Shown here: positions 25,621 through 38,144 of the stretch, piece after piece
How positions within the stretch are numbered: the first letter of the stretch is position 1
Layout of the letters: every line of letters begins with the position of its first letter
NCBI RefSeq assembly: GCF_006345805.1
Contig: NW_021836134.1
Location: 186,001-250,000 of the forward strand
DNA length: 64,000 nucleotides
Direction: 5' to 3'
Origin: Octopus sinensis
Taxonomy: Eukaryota
The notes under the pieces: generated by a model
The model's database searches: none
Told to the model about the DNA's origin: nothing
Seen by the model: the letters and a program-made list of their open reading frames with translations, nothing else
Position numbers and translations under genes: made by a program

Positions 25621-26649
25621 GTGTTTATTTTATTTATTTGTTCCTACGGGGATCTTGCAAGTTACCCATTGTTCCAAATTATTCGTCTAGTAAGTAGATT
25701 ATACTTGTTATTCAGGAACTACGACAGATAAATTGGCGTTTAAAAATTCGATTATTTTTTTCCGGCTCGATAAAACCTACGTTTGAAAATCTTTTTCAGC
25801 TCATGCAAAAATCATTTTCTTGTGACTAAAAAACTACATTTTAGCACATATCGAGCAGGATCGAAATTGGAAATTTCAAATATTGCATTTTTAATTTCAC
25901 AAAAACAAACGATCAAAAAAGATCTAAATGTTTGTATTCCGACAAATTATATATTTCTCGCAATTATATACTGATCAATATTCAATTTAGCATCCACAAA
26001 TATTAAATTCAGACGATTGAATAAATCCGTTGTATCTGTTAAATAATTTAAATGAAATTTCAATATTCAAAAAATTTTTTATTTATTTAAACGAATGGAA
26101 AATTCAATTTGTATTCTTTAAAATCTGTTCACAATATTTTTCGGATTTTTTCCGTAAAGTCTTTTGCATACATAATTCTCAACAGTGTCAAGTCTTGTTT
26201 TTTTTCATATCGAATTTAAACAAATCAAAAATCTTTGTTAAGCGTTAACTGTTTTTCCTAAATATAAGATTTACAAAAATCAATGCTTTCAATGGCAAGC
26301 ATGCTATGTGAACTATTTTTGCACATTTTGATCGCAGCAACAATTTATTCTGTTGTAGTCTTCGCATTATTGATTGGTAAACCTGTAGTGATTCCGCGGA
26401 ATCCTGATTATAGCTTCAACGGTGTCCGATGAGACTAAATTTGCCTTTGGTTAATCGTTGTGGCATCATCGGGCTTCTTTAGAGTCCTCAGTTTGTTCAC
26501 ATCCCTTTAGTTTATGTTTTTGAGTATTTCAATAACACCAGCCACATCTTCGTACAGGTATTAGTAGCATCGACAAGAGAGACCCGCCCAGTGCAAAAAA
26601 TTTAAAGACATCTGCCTATTTTGTGATCAAGATTATTTTGAAGCGTCTC

Positions 26650-27850
26650 TGTTGTAGCTGAACAAAGTGATTATAAAACACCCTTAGGAAGTATCTCAGG
26701 GCTCAGTCCTATCCCTTACTCTTTTCAACATTTACCTAACTGTCATTCATACACCACCTGAAAATGTATCTCTGTTCCTATACGCAATTATATTACGATC
26801 ACGTTATCAAACACAAATCCAACGGCAACATGTCGCCAAGTTCAACCATTCATTGATACCCTGTATAACTGGATCACTCTAAAAGGGTTATCATCAACCA
26901 AATCATCAGCCACTCTTCTAACAAGTAATACACGAGAACACAATTTCACTCCGATAATCAGAATTTACAATGTTCAAATTTCCCACACCAAACAGCCAAA
27001 ATATTCGGGATGACGTAAAATAACTCTTTATCATTTCACCAACATATCGAAAACATGACTCACAAATGCAAATTCATGCCCTCCGCTCACTCGCCGGAAC
27101 AGACTTTGGACAAAACAAGGAATGCTTAATATTTCTATACAAACAATACATTCTTCCAACATTGGACTACGCAAGTCCATCATGGGCTGTCAAAAACACT
27201 CTTTCAGAAGTTATAATCAATCCAAAACCAAGCACTTAAAATCAATAAGGGTTGTATGAAGTCTACTCCGGCCGATCATATGCATCAAGAAACTAACATG
27301 ATAAACTTGCAGACCATTTCGACATCTGTGGAACCAAATTCTTCACCTCCGCGAGTATTATACCCAAGTCACAATCTCACGACAACACCAACCCCTGAGA
27401 GGAACATAAAAATACACAAACACTTCACTAATGCCGTTTTCTAAGCTCATTCCCAAACAAAAAACCATCGGAAATAAAAGAACTAATAACTAAATCCTCC
27501 TTTAAACCACTAACCCCAAACAATATCCTCAACAATCACCGCCCAAAAATAAACTCAGCTGAAGCGGATCTCAGCCATAAAGATCGGGTCGAACTCGCAA
27601 GATTTTGCTGTAGGCATCACCCTTTACTCCTCAACTATTAGAACAAACTGGATAAGGACGTTGATCCGTCCTTTCCAATCTACCATGACGGACGACACAC
27701 AGTAGCGCACGTCGTCCTGGATTGCAAAAATCTCACCGCCATAAGGAGATCTTATAACTCCCTCCTTAACTTATGGTGTGATCCTAAGAGGTCTGTCGGT
27801 TTTCTTCGTGTCGCATTCCTCCCAATTTCAGCGGGGAATGTGATTAAATA
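26650..27850 (+). mobile_element. Degenerate LINE RT domains 4-7 plus C-terminal zinc-knuckle region
   Basis: LLFNIYL, LYKQYILPTLDYASPSW, HTVAHVVLDC. Confidence 0.7.
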
Positions 27851-28099
27851 AATAAAAAAATGCCCTTTTGAGACTGATTATGCTTAGATTTCCGTTCTTT
27901 AACAATGGTAAAAATTACTGACATTTAAAATTGTGCTGTAATTAAAATAAAGTTTATTTTTCATTAATTATTGTTTAATTATCTTAATTTTTAAAAACAA
28001 ATAATAAATTAAACCACGTGTCAGCACACGCTTGATTTACTTTGTGGTGTTCATTCAATTATTTGTCACACTTTATTTATTTAATTGGATTCAGAAGGA

Positions 28100-28900
28100 A
28101 TAATTTGATATGCAGTTTCTTTTAATAATTAAATTATCTGAAATTTCATAATTTTAATGATATTGTCCGATTTTATTCCTTTAATCTGGTTTTTACTTAT
28201 TTTGAAACTTTTGAAAACTATTATTTTTTCTGTCATCTATATTTATTGGATTTCATCCTATTTTTTAATGAAAATTTTTATTTTTTATTATTTATAACTA
28301 AATTTATTTCTTTGTTCCTGTAATTATTTTTTTAATATATCCGATGGTGTACGTTCCTCCTGAGACTGTGAAATGAGGGTAAATTGCATATGCTCCATAT
28401 TGGTCTATTTGATGTACTCAAAATCTTATTTCTCCTAACGATGGCATTTTTGCCAGTATGAGAATCTATTTTGGCTGCGTGTCTGATAGAAATGCAAAAA
28501 ATTTTACTTCGTCGGACGTTTTTATTCTTTAATTTATTTTATTTTTGATCAACTGCAGCGATTGCTGATCCGCTCAGCAATAATTTAAGGACGTAATTAG
28601 TATTACCAAATTTCCTGGATCCACATGATGCTGCAATCTAAATAGCAAATTAATCAGAAAAATATAAATAATCAAAACGACTTGAAATGAACAAATTATC
28701 GAAAACGTGCATGTTCCCTGTGAATCCAATTATTGAGTTGTTGGTTATTTGGAAAATTTTGTTTGAATTGGCGTCATCTAATTTGTTAGTCCAGCAATTT
28801 ATTACAGCATTCATTGAGAGTATTTTGATCAAAGGTTACTCTGGTATCTGCTGCAAGAATAACCCCTAAAAAATAAAGTATGGATATTACAGTTGTCAAA
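28100..28900 (-). CDS. Divergent proteasome beta-subunit-like gene with micro-introns (boundaries approximate)
   Basis: Exons VILAADTRVT, NKIFQITNNSIIGFTG, AKIDSHTG, HQIDQYGAY..FTVSGGTYTIGY follow the order of the Ntn-hydrolase beta-subunit motifs. Confidence 0.6.
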
Positions 28901-30779
28901 CTTATATGATTCTAAGACGAAATTAGAAAATTCAAAGCTATCATTTGAAACATTTTTATCAATTTAACACGTTGGAATATTCATAAATATTTCCTTAATC
29001 GAGCCATAAGTAGGGCAACCACCAAGTTGACCTAAAAAATCAAAAATTGACCTCTAAAAGTCAACTAAATTGACCCAAAAAAAACGAAAGTTAATCAAAA
29101 AGTTGCCCTAAAAAGAGCCAAGAATTTTTTTTAAATCAGGAGCTATAAAGAATCACATAAAATTTAAGGTTCTCCGGTTTAAAATTCCGATCTTTTGCCA
29201 AAATTTTATGGAGAATTGAAAATGAACGCTCCACAGAACATGTAGTTGTCTGACATTCGAGTAGTCGCAACTTTTCCATAGGCGAATAATTTTCTTCTCC
29301 GTTAACAAAAAAGTGCCAGTCTTTTGTCATTGAGTAAGACTTTTGGTTATAGCTACAACTTTTGTTTCTTATGTTTTCGTCAATGTCTACGATTGCCTTT
29401 GTAATATTAACTCGAAAACTAGAAACGTTGTGCATTTCTTTTTGGTATATTTGATACTGTGGCTATTATGAGCTTGCCAGTATTTATATATATTCCGTTT
29501 ACAAAGAAAGTATCCCCTTGACATAAAGGAGTCACATCACCCGATGACATGGTGTCCTGGTTTATACATCAGCTTCCTATGCAGCATTCAGTGTAATCGC
29601 TAAGCTCGTAATCTTTACAGCGATACAAATAAAAAACGGAACAGCCAATTTCTCAATTTCTTTCTATATAATGCTTAATTTCTTTTAATAAAAAATCGAA
29701 TTTCAAGCTATAATCTTAACTTTTGCCTTTTATAAAAATCCAAACGTCAAAGATTTTAATATGTATTTAAACCAAATTTTTTTCAAACAAAATAAAGAGA
29801 ACAATGGTAGTTCAAAATTTAGTATGACCCCCCTGAGCATTAATTGCGTCTAAAATTCTGTTCCGCATTGTTCCAGCAAGGGATGTCGCATATTCTATTG
29901 AAAGATCATTCCAAATATTTTTTAATTCCTCAAATAGGTCACTCTTTTTTTTAAATTTAGTCCTTTTTATTTTATGTTTCATGAAGGCCCACACGTGCTC
30001 GATTGGATCCAAATCGGGACTTTGAGGAGGCCATTGTAATAACTCAATTCGGTGTTCATTAAAAAAATCTTTAGCCACCTTGCATGTGTGCTTTGGATCA
30101 TTATCTTGCTGATAAATTGGAGACCGGATTCCGGTTTTCTCGAAAAAAGGCAACAAATAGTCCGCCAAGATACTTATAAGTTCCCATTCATAATTCCCTT
30201 TATCCAAACAAGTTCCGAAAAACATTCCGATGTAAATGCGCCCCAAACCATTACGTTCCCTTTTCCAAACTTGACTGTTGTAGTAACATTTTCGCTTAAA
30301 AGCCTTTGTCCCCTTTTTCTCCAGACAAATTTTTTTCCATCGGGATTAAATAGATTGAATTTCGATTCATCACTAAAGATAACTCGATTCCAGAACACAT
30401 TCGGCAACATGTTCCATTTAATGCACTGAGAAAGTCTAGTCTTTTTGTGTTTTTTCGACAGATATGGCCTTTTCGTAGGCTGAAACGTCGATATGTTCAG
30501 TCTTTTCAAATAGTTCCTCACTGTCTGTGATGTGACAGCTGTTCCCGTTTCAGAACGTAAAATTTCCGAACATTTTACGGAATTGAAATCAACGTCAGTT
30601 TTTTGTTCACGTCGAATTATTCCGAGATCATCAGAGTTAAGTTTAAATCTTCGTCCTGAGCCTTTTTTTCTCTGGAAGGAATCATTCATGGTGAAGTTTC
30701 GAATGACTCTCGAGATGGCACTCAGAGATCTTCCGGTCAAATTTCTTATTTCCCGATATGACTTTCCGACTTTATAATA

Positions 30780-33700
30780 TGTCACATGGTGATCAGACCC
30801 CTATGGGCAACCTGCCTTTACGTGTTTCCATGGCAACTACATAGCAAATATACTAAAAAGGCCAACAATATAAGGCAAACGATACGAACTAATGATTGAA
30901 CTTAAATTTTCGGAGAAAATGATGTTTTATATTTGAACCATGCTTGCTTTAAAATAGTAAAATTATTTACAACATTAGCAAATTATAATGTGAATTATTT
31001 TATTTTTGATAATATAAATTGCAACATTAGCAAATTATAATTTACATCAAATTTTTAGGCAAATTTGTAACAACTTTAACTCTAACCTTAACCCAAACCC
31101 TAACGTTGGCAAGTGACAACATAAATATTCAAAATCTAACCTAACGTTGGAAGTGACACATAATATTCAAAATCTAACCCTAACGTTGGCAAGTGACAAC
31201 ATAAATATTCAAAATCTAACCCTAACCTTAACCCTAACGTTGGCAAGTGACAACATAAATATTCAAAATCTAACCCTAACCTTAACCCTAACGTTGGCAA
31301 GTGACAACATAAATATTCAAAATCTAACCCTAACGTTGGCAAGTGACAACATAAATATTCAAAATCTAACCCTAACCTTAACCCTAACGTTGGCAAGTGA
31401 CAACATAAATATTCAAATCTAACCCTAACCTTAACCCAAACCCTAACGTTGGCAAGTGACAAAATAAATATTCCAAATCTAAACCCTAACGTTGGCAAGT
31501 GACAACATAAATATATTCAAAATCTAACCCTAACCTTAACCCAAACCCTAACGTTGGCAAGTGACAACATAATATTCAAAATCTAACCCTAACCTTAACC
31601 CTAACGTTGGCAAGTGACAACATAAATATTCAAAATCTAACCCTAACCTTAACCCAAACCCTAACGTTGGCAAGTGACAACATAAATATTCAAAATCTAA
31701 CCCTAACGTTGGCAAGTGACAACATAAATATATTCAAAATCTAACCCTAACCTTAACCCAAACCCTAACGTTGGCAAGTGACAACATAAATATTCAAAAT
31801 CTAACCCTAACGTTGGCAAGTGACAACATAAATATATTCAAAATCTAACCCTAACCTTAACCCAAACCCTAACGTTGGCAAGTGACAACATAAATATTCA
31901 AAAATCTAAACCCTAACGTTGGCAAGTGACAACATAAATATTCAAAATCTAACCCTAACCTTAACCCAAACCCTAACGTTGGCAAGTGACAACATAAATA
32001 TTCAAAATCTAACCCTAACGTTGGCAAGTGAAACATAAATATATTCAAAATCTAACCCTAACCTTAACCCAAACCCTAACGTTGGCAAGTGACAACAAAA
32101 TATTCAAAATCTAACCCTAACGTGGCAAGTGACAACATAAATATTCAAAATCTAACCCTAACCTTAACCCAAACCCTAACGTTGGCAAGTGACAACATAA
32201 ATATTCAAAATCTAACCCTAACCTTAACCCAAACCCTAACGTTGGCAAGTGACAACATAAATATATTCAAAATCTAACCCTAACCTTAACCCAAACCCTA
32301 ACGTTGGCAAGTGACAACATAAATATTCAAAATCTAACCTTAACCCTAACGTTGGCAAGTGACAACATAAATATTCAAAATCTAACCCTAACCTTAACCC
32401 TAACGTTGGCAAGTGACAACATAAATATTCAAAATCTAACCCTAACCTTAACCCTAACGTTGGCAAGTGACAACATAAATATTCAAAATCTAACCCTAAC
32501 CTTAACCCAAACCCTAACGTTGGCAAGTGACAACATAAATATTCAAAATCTAACCCTAACGTTGGCAAGTGACAACATAAATATTCAAAATCTAACCCTA
32601 ACCTTAACCCAAACCCTAACGTTGGCAAGTGACAACATAAATATCAAAATCTAACCCTAACGTGGCAAGTGACAACATAAATATTCAAAATCTAACCCTA
32701 ACCTTAACCCTAACGTTGGCAAGTGACAACATAAATATTCAAAATCTAACCCTAACGTTGGCAAGTGACAACATAAATATATTCAAAATCTAACCCTAAC
32801 CTTAACCCAACCCTAACGTTGGCAAGTGACAACATAAATATTCAAAATCTAACCCTAACCTTAACCCAAACCTAACGTTGGCAAGTGACAACATAAATAT
32901 ATTCAAAATCTAACCAAACCTTAACCCAAACCCTAACGTTGGCAAGTGACAACATAAATATTCAAAATCTAACCCAACGTTGGCAAGTGACAACATAAAT
33001 ATATTCAAAATCTAACCCTAACCTTAACCCTAACGTTGGCAAGTGACAACATAAATATATTCAAAATCTAACCCTAACCTTAACCCTAACGTTGGCAAGT
33101 GACAACATAAATATATTCAAAATCTAACCCTAACCTTAACCCAAACCCTAACGTTGGCAAGTGACAACATAAATATATTCAAAATCTAACCCTAACGTTG
33201 GCAAGTGACAACATAAATATATTCAAAATCTAACCCTAACCTTAACCCAAACCCTAACGTTGGCAAGTGACAACATAAATATTCAAAATCTAACCCTAAC
33301 GTTGGCAAGTGACAACATAAATATATTCAAATCTAACCCTACCTTAACCCAAACCCTAACGTGGCAAGTGACAACATAAATATTCAAAATCTAACCCTAA
33401 CCTTAACCAAACCCTAACGTTGGCAAGTGACAACATAAATATTCAAAATCTAACCCTAACGTAACCCTAACTCGAAATTAAATGATGTTCTGCTGACGAT
33501 TCTTCAGGCATTTGACAAAAATTGGAAGCCTTTTTGGCCAACCGGTGTTTGCTTCGAGCATTCATATCCTCCGGGAATATCCCGATAACGTTTCCTTAAT
33601 TTGATTGTATTCGTTAATATTTCTGACGTAACCCTTAAACCCAGACATCACAAAGTGTGAGTAACCACGCTGTTAAATTAATATACTTTTGGGTAAGCCA

Positions 33701-33865
33701 TTTTTAAAAGATAATTCAAATGTAATTTTTAATTAGAGTAATTGATTAATCTACACTCTTCCAAATATAAATTGCTATATTCAATATTAATACCTTTTCT
33801 GTGGTTTCCATAGAAACACGTAAAAGGACTGGCTGCCCATAGCGACCTAGTCGCCCATGTGGACA
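30780..33865 (+). mobile_element. Non-autonomous TGT..ACA (Ginger-like) MITE with an internal telomere-like satellite
   Basis: ~58-bp imperfect TIRs (TGTCACATGG... / ...CCATGTGGACA). Flanks fit a TAWTA 5-bp TSD with one indel. Second copy at 38145-39728. Confidence 0.85.
31081..33470 (+). repeat. Satellite, roughly 45 units of a 30-bp core plus 2, 4 or 5 telomere-like hexamers (42/54/60-bp units)
   Basis: Core TTGGCAAGTGACAACATAAATATTCAAAAT followed by CTAACC/TTAACC/CAAACC/CTAACG hexamers. Confidence 0.97.
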
Positions 33866-36800
33866 TATACGTAATAATTTCTGCTTTTTTTGTAATGTAA
33901 GTTGTAAAACCATGTAGCAAGAATCAACACGTGTAATAAAATTAAAAATGGTTTAAAAAACTCTGCAAAAATAGAGAATTTTATTTTGTTCTTTTTTTTA
34001 TTTTGTTTGGACAAAACTGGATTTAATTACGGTCCGAAATATAAGTTGTTTTTATTTTTTTAAGGCTAAAGTTATGTTTGTCTTCTACAAATTCTATTTT
34101 TGTTAAAATAAATCATCATTCAATAGAAAAAAATCGAGAAAATGAGTGTTCCGTTTTTTATTTGTATCGCTGTATTCTTTTATTTTGCAGGTATCTTCTT
34201 TCAGATCGAGTATTTTCAAAAAATTAATAGCCTTTTCGATTGAAAAGTTTGTGGACTCAATTTCAGGAAGAACATCTGCAAGTGGAGAATAGTGATTCCA
34301 TATTTCTTTTAAATCATTAACAAGTCCTTCATGGTTTATTGATTCTTTTGCCCTCCGAATCAATAGGGATTCTCCTTTTAACGAATTGCATATTTCCAAC
34401 ACTCTGGGAAAATGTTTCACGTAGTACTTGGTTGCTTGAAGCCAGCTTCCCCATCTAGTAACAATAGGTTCTGGAGGTAGTCCTATTTCAGAAAATAGTT
34501 GCCTTCGACTACTGTTTTTGAGAACAAGTCCTTTAATCGAGGCAATTAAGTTATCCACTGTAGGGTAACTTAGTTTTATCCTTAAAGCACAATTGTGTAT
34601 CAAATGTGCAATGCATGTTACGTCGAATAGATTAGGGTACAAATTTTTCAGAGTGTTTCCTGCTGAATTCATGTACTTTGTCGCGTCGGTTAACAACAAG
34701 TAAAAATTTTCCTTTCAATATTTGCATGTCGGATCGTATCGTCTACAATCTGGCATACAATTGATGCGTTCGGCGAAGAATTTAATACAATTAATAAGAT
34801 AACTGTTTTGGAGATCAGTTATTTTCCCAATAAGAATATTGACAAATTTATCTTTACCGGCATCAGACTCGTCAACAATTAAGAAAATCCTTTAACAATT
34901 GGATAATCTCACTAACACGTCTTTCTGCCAAAATTTTGACATTGTTTCGACATTTTGATTCTGAAGGTAGCTCGAATCCAATAGTATTAAAAAAATTATT
35001 AAGGCAGGATTCCGTAATTTATATAATGGAATATTTGCTGAAACAAATGCTTTAGTTAGATTGAGCGAAAAATCATTAGTAACAACAGTAGTGGGAAAAA
35101 ACCTTTGAATGCTCTTTTTAGGCTCGTTCATATGCGATTTATGTTTTTGCGTCAATCTGTGTTTTTCTACAAACCATTTTTTATGGAATGTTAAACAAAT
35201 ATCGCATATTTTACAATATAATGATCCGTCGGGAGTAATTGAAAATTCATTAACAATTTTAGAGGCTTTTGAATAGGTAGATTTTTTAGATTTAGGCATT
35301 ACAGCAACAATAGAATTATAGTTTGCGTGGTAAAAAATTAATATTTAGATATTTTAAATAAATATTTTAAGCAGAAAATTACAAATTGACAAAAAATACA
35401 AAAATTGACAAAGTTGACCTAAAAATGGAAAAATTGACCAAGTTGACCAAAAGTTGACATTATTGACTTTTGGTTGCCCTAGTTATAAGTTATAGAATGT
35501 TGGGTTTCGTCTCTTACTAAAAATATTTGACTCCCTTTGAAATATTCTTTAAGTTTTTCTACCTGTTTCACAAAAATAGTGGAAACGAGATTTCTGGAAT
35601 GTATCTCACTAGGCAGTTTAAATCCCAAATTTTCAAAAAATTTGAACATTAATTCAATTCTTTAGAATCAGCGCTTTCCATATGCCTTATAGACATTTTC
35701 TTGCCCATATAATTTTCATGATGTGACATCATCATCAATTTCATTGAACCTCAAATATAAATTCCGGAATAATTCTGAAAAACAATTCAGATACATTCCT
35801 TTTGCTCCTAAGGTCGTTTAAGGATCGTCTAGAAATAACACGTTAAAATATTTCGGGAAAGATAGCGGACACACTCGTATGCGAATTGGATTTTGATTGA
35901 TAAATTTTATAATTCCGAGTTTTTAGGATTTTCAATCTTGTACATTATTTCAACAACACAAAGCATCCTCCAAATCCTCATCGGTCTGCCGACTTTCAAA
36001 ATGCACCAAATCATTTCTTGATTTATTTTGGCCCAGCAATTTATTACAGTTTTTTGTTTAAGAATCTTCTACGTGTACAAACTTTGATTAAAACAAGTGA
36101 GACGTTTTTAAGCCAAAAAATGGCACCTAAAATAAGTAAATAATTTACCCAACCTTTACTAGTGTTGTACTTTTTAGCAATTTTTTTCAAATTTTAATAA
36201 TTTTACATTTTTTATCTTTAAAAACTACCAAGTGAAGCTAAGTTTCATCAAAAATAAATAATATAATGCAAAATTGACTGTTTTCAAAAACTGTCTCTAA
36301 AAGCGGGGGTGCCTCAAACCAGGGTCGTACCGTACTTGGAAAGGCAGGCCAAGACCAATCATACTACTAAAATTACTGAAATCTTATCGCTCTGAAAAAA
36401 TTGAAAGCCCCACTACATGGATATATTGGAGTTAGCCAGAGTAAATTTGTCATTGGAAAATCAACTGCCGATGCCTTTTGTAACTACAAATGGATGTAAA
36501 CATCATGTCAAAAATATAAAGAGAAATACCACATAATGGGAATCGGAAGCATTTGACCCAACAAACAGAGTCAAGATGATAAAAATATTGACATCACTAG
36601 ATTGCATTCGAATAATTCATTATTTGCTGTTCTCCACTTAACTATTTATTTAGTTGGGAGAACAGAAATCCAGAGTATTTGGAGAAACCAAAAGCACCCC
36701 CAAAAAGACTCTCCATCCCCGGTTTTCCTTTGGTCAATAAAAAGTGTTTAAAGTGTTTAAAGGCAACCTACGAGGAATTAGGAATAATATCCCCAGCAGA

Positions 36801-37159
36801 AGTCATCAGATACATCCTAAGAATATTCCGCTCAAAGCCCATCGGTCAATTATTCGGTCACATCTTAGGAATGGATACGAACAATAGCGCTAATCTCGCG
36901 ATAAAACACCATTACTCTTTTTGTCCTGGATCGACCTTCAAGGAAAGACCACGGATTACGCTTCCAACCTTTCGGCAGACGATCTTGAGCACCCGAGGGA
37001 ACTATCGAGGTAAAGAGAGAACTTGAAGCGATTAAAAAACGCATCGAAGAAGAAAATGACACAAGCAAGCTAACTTTATTAACTTTGTTTTGCGATATGC
37101 TTATTAATTTCATTTAGAATAAAATTAAAGTCAGAATTAAACTATTTAGAATTAATTGG

Positions 37160-37800
37160 CTGGCTTAATTTATTCTCCTGATTGTGTCGCGTGTCGCCGC
37201 CTTGTTCATGAAATTTTCACCACCAATACATGGTGTGTTCTGTGCACGTCCTACGGAAGACCAAGCTCTCTAATGTTCGGATCTAATATTATCCCCGCAT
37301 GTACGGGAGTTCAACAGGGTGTTTCCCTAGGACCTCTTTGCCTTGGATATCAATAAAATAACCCAGTCGGTCTCTACTGAAAAGAATATTTGGTATCTCA
37401 ACGACACCACCATCAACGGCTCCCCAGATTTAATCTATAAAGACACTTGTTGGCACCTGCACTTCTTAAGATTGGACTAGCTGCGCGAAATCTGAATTAG
37501 TTGGCCTCAACCTTGGTAATGAACGCTTTGGGTATTATCGTCATGCCAGAAACTCGTGGGCACGGTTCTCTTAACTGATTTTGAACATTATGTGCCATCT
37601 GAGTAATCATCGGCGGTTTTGAAATGACACTCGCTGGGATTTGAATTTTGCAAAGGCAATTTGATTGGGACAAAATTCGCCTTTAATCTCGTATTAAGTT
37701 GCTCTTACATCCTTTGATCAACATCGTTTGATCTGCTTTGAGACGGACTGTTGTCCCTACAGCGGCACCTTGTTAAATGCCAGTCTAATGTTTTTTCTTA
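37160..37800 (+). mobile_element. Degenerate CRE-like RT fragment
   Basis: YGRPSSLMFGSNII..CTGVQQG.SLGPL, then WYLNDTTI (~YLDD). Confidence 0.65.
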
Positions 37801-38144
37801 TCTTTTGAAAATACAAATTATCATTATTTTAATTAATGCTATTTACATTATTAATAATTGATTGAGATTTAATTACTTACTAATTAATTAAAAAAATCTT
37901 AAACCCCTAAGGATAGTAAGGCTTTCATCTCCCTTTGTCGTTTCAGGTGTTCCCGCAGAATGATGTGAATTCCATACACAAGCGTGCAGTAAAAAGCACA
38001 TCACGCAAAATATCAACAGAAAATTGCTTCAAGTCCGTTCAGAAAATGTGTTGACTCAAAAGTCCAACACATAGAAAAGCTGAGGACCTTCCTTCGGGTT
38101 GTCGGCATCACATAGTTAATTTATTCAAATAACTGTTGGTAATA

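Larger units (their letters stand above)
29618..34172 (-). mobile_element. Tc1 element interrupted by a satellite-bearing MITE
   Basis: TIRs CAGCGATACAAATAAAAAACGGAACA at both ends flanked by TA. DD34E motifs IFSDE, YQQDNDPKH, SPDLDPIEH. The N-terminus KKAEIITY|YKVGK is split by 30780-33865. Confidence 0.92.
29011..35481 (-). mobile_element. hAT element (same TAGGGC-TIR group as 1169-3123) split by a Tc1 insertion
   Basis: TIRs TAGGGCAACC / GGTTGCCCTA. TSD gccataag / gttataag (6/8). Transposase N-terminus at 35299, core at 34174-34699 (TCIAHLIHN, TRWGSW), C-terminus at 29136-29450 (TTCSVERSFS). Confidence 0.9.

Noticed and set aside
31136-32654. ORFs such as ASDNINIQNLTLTL and DFEYLCCHLPTLG repeats
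   Set aside because: They arise because unit lengths are multiples of 6; there is no evidence of coding.
31081-33470. CRISPR-like look of a constant 30-bp core with variable intervening segments
   Set aside because: The intervening segments are only differing numbers of the same hexamers, there are no unique spacers or cas genes, and the context is eukaryotic.
31081-33470. True chromosome end or telomere fusion
   Set aside because: The array is internal to a TIR element with a second copy, is single-oriented, and is not pure TTAGGG.
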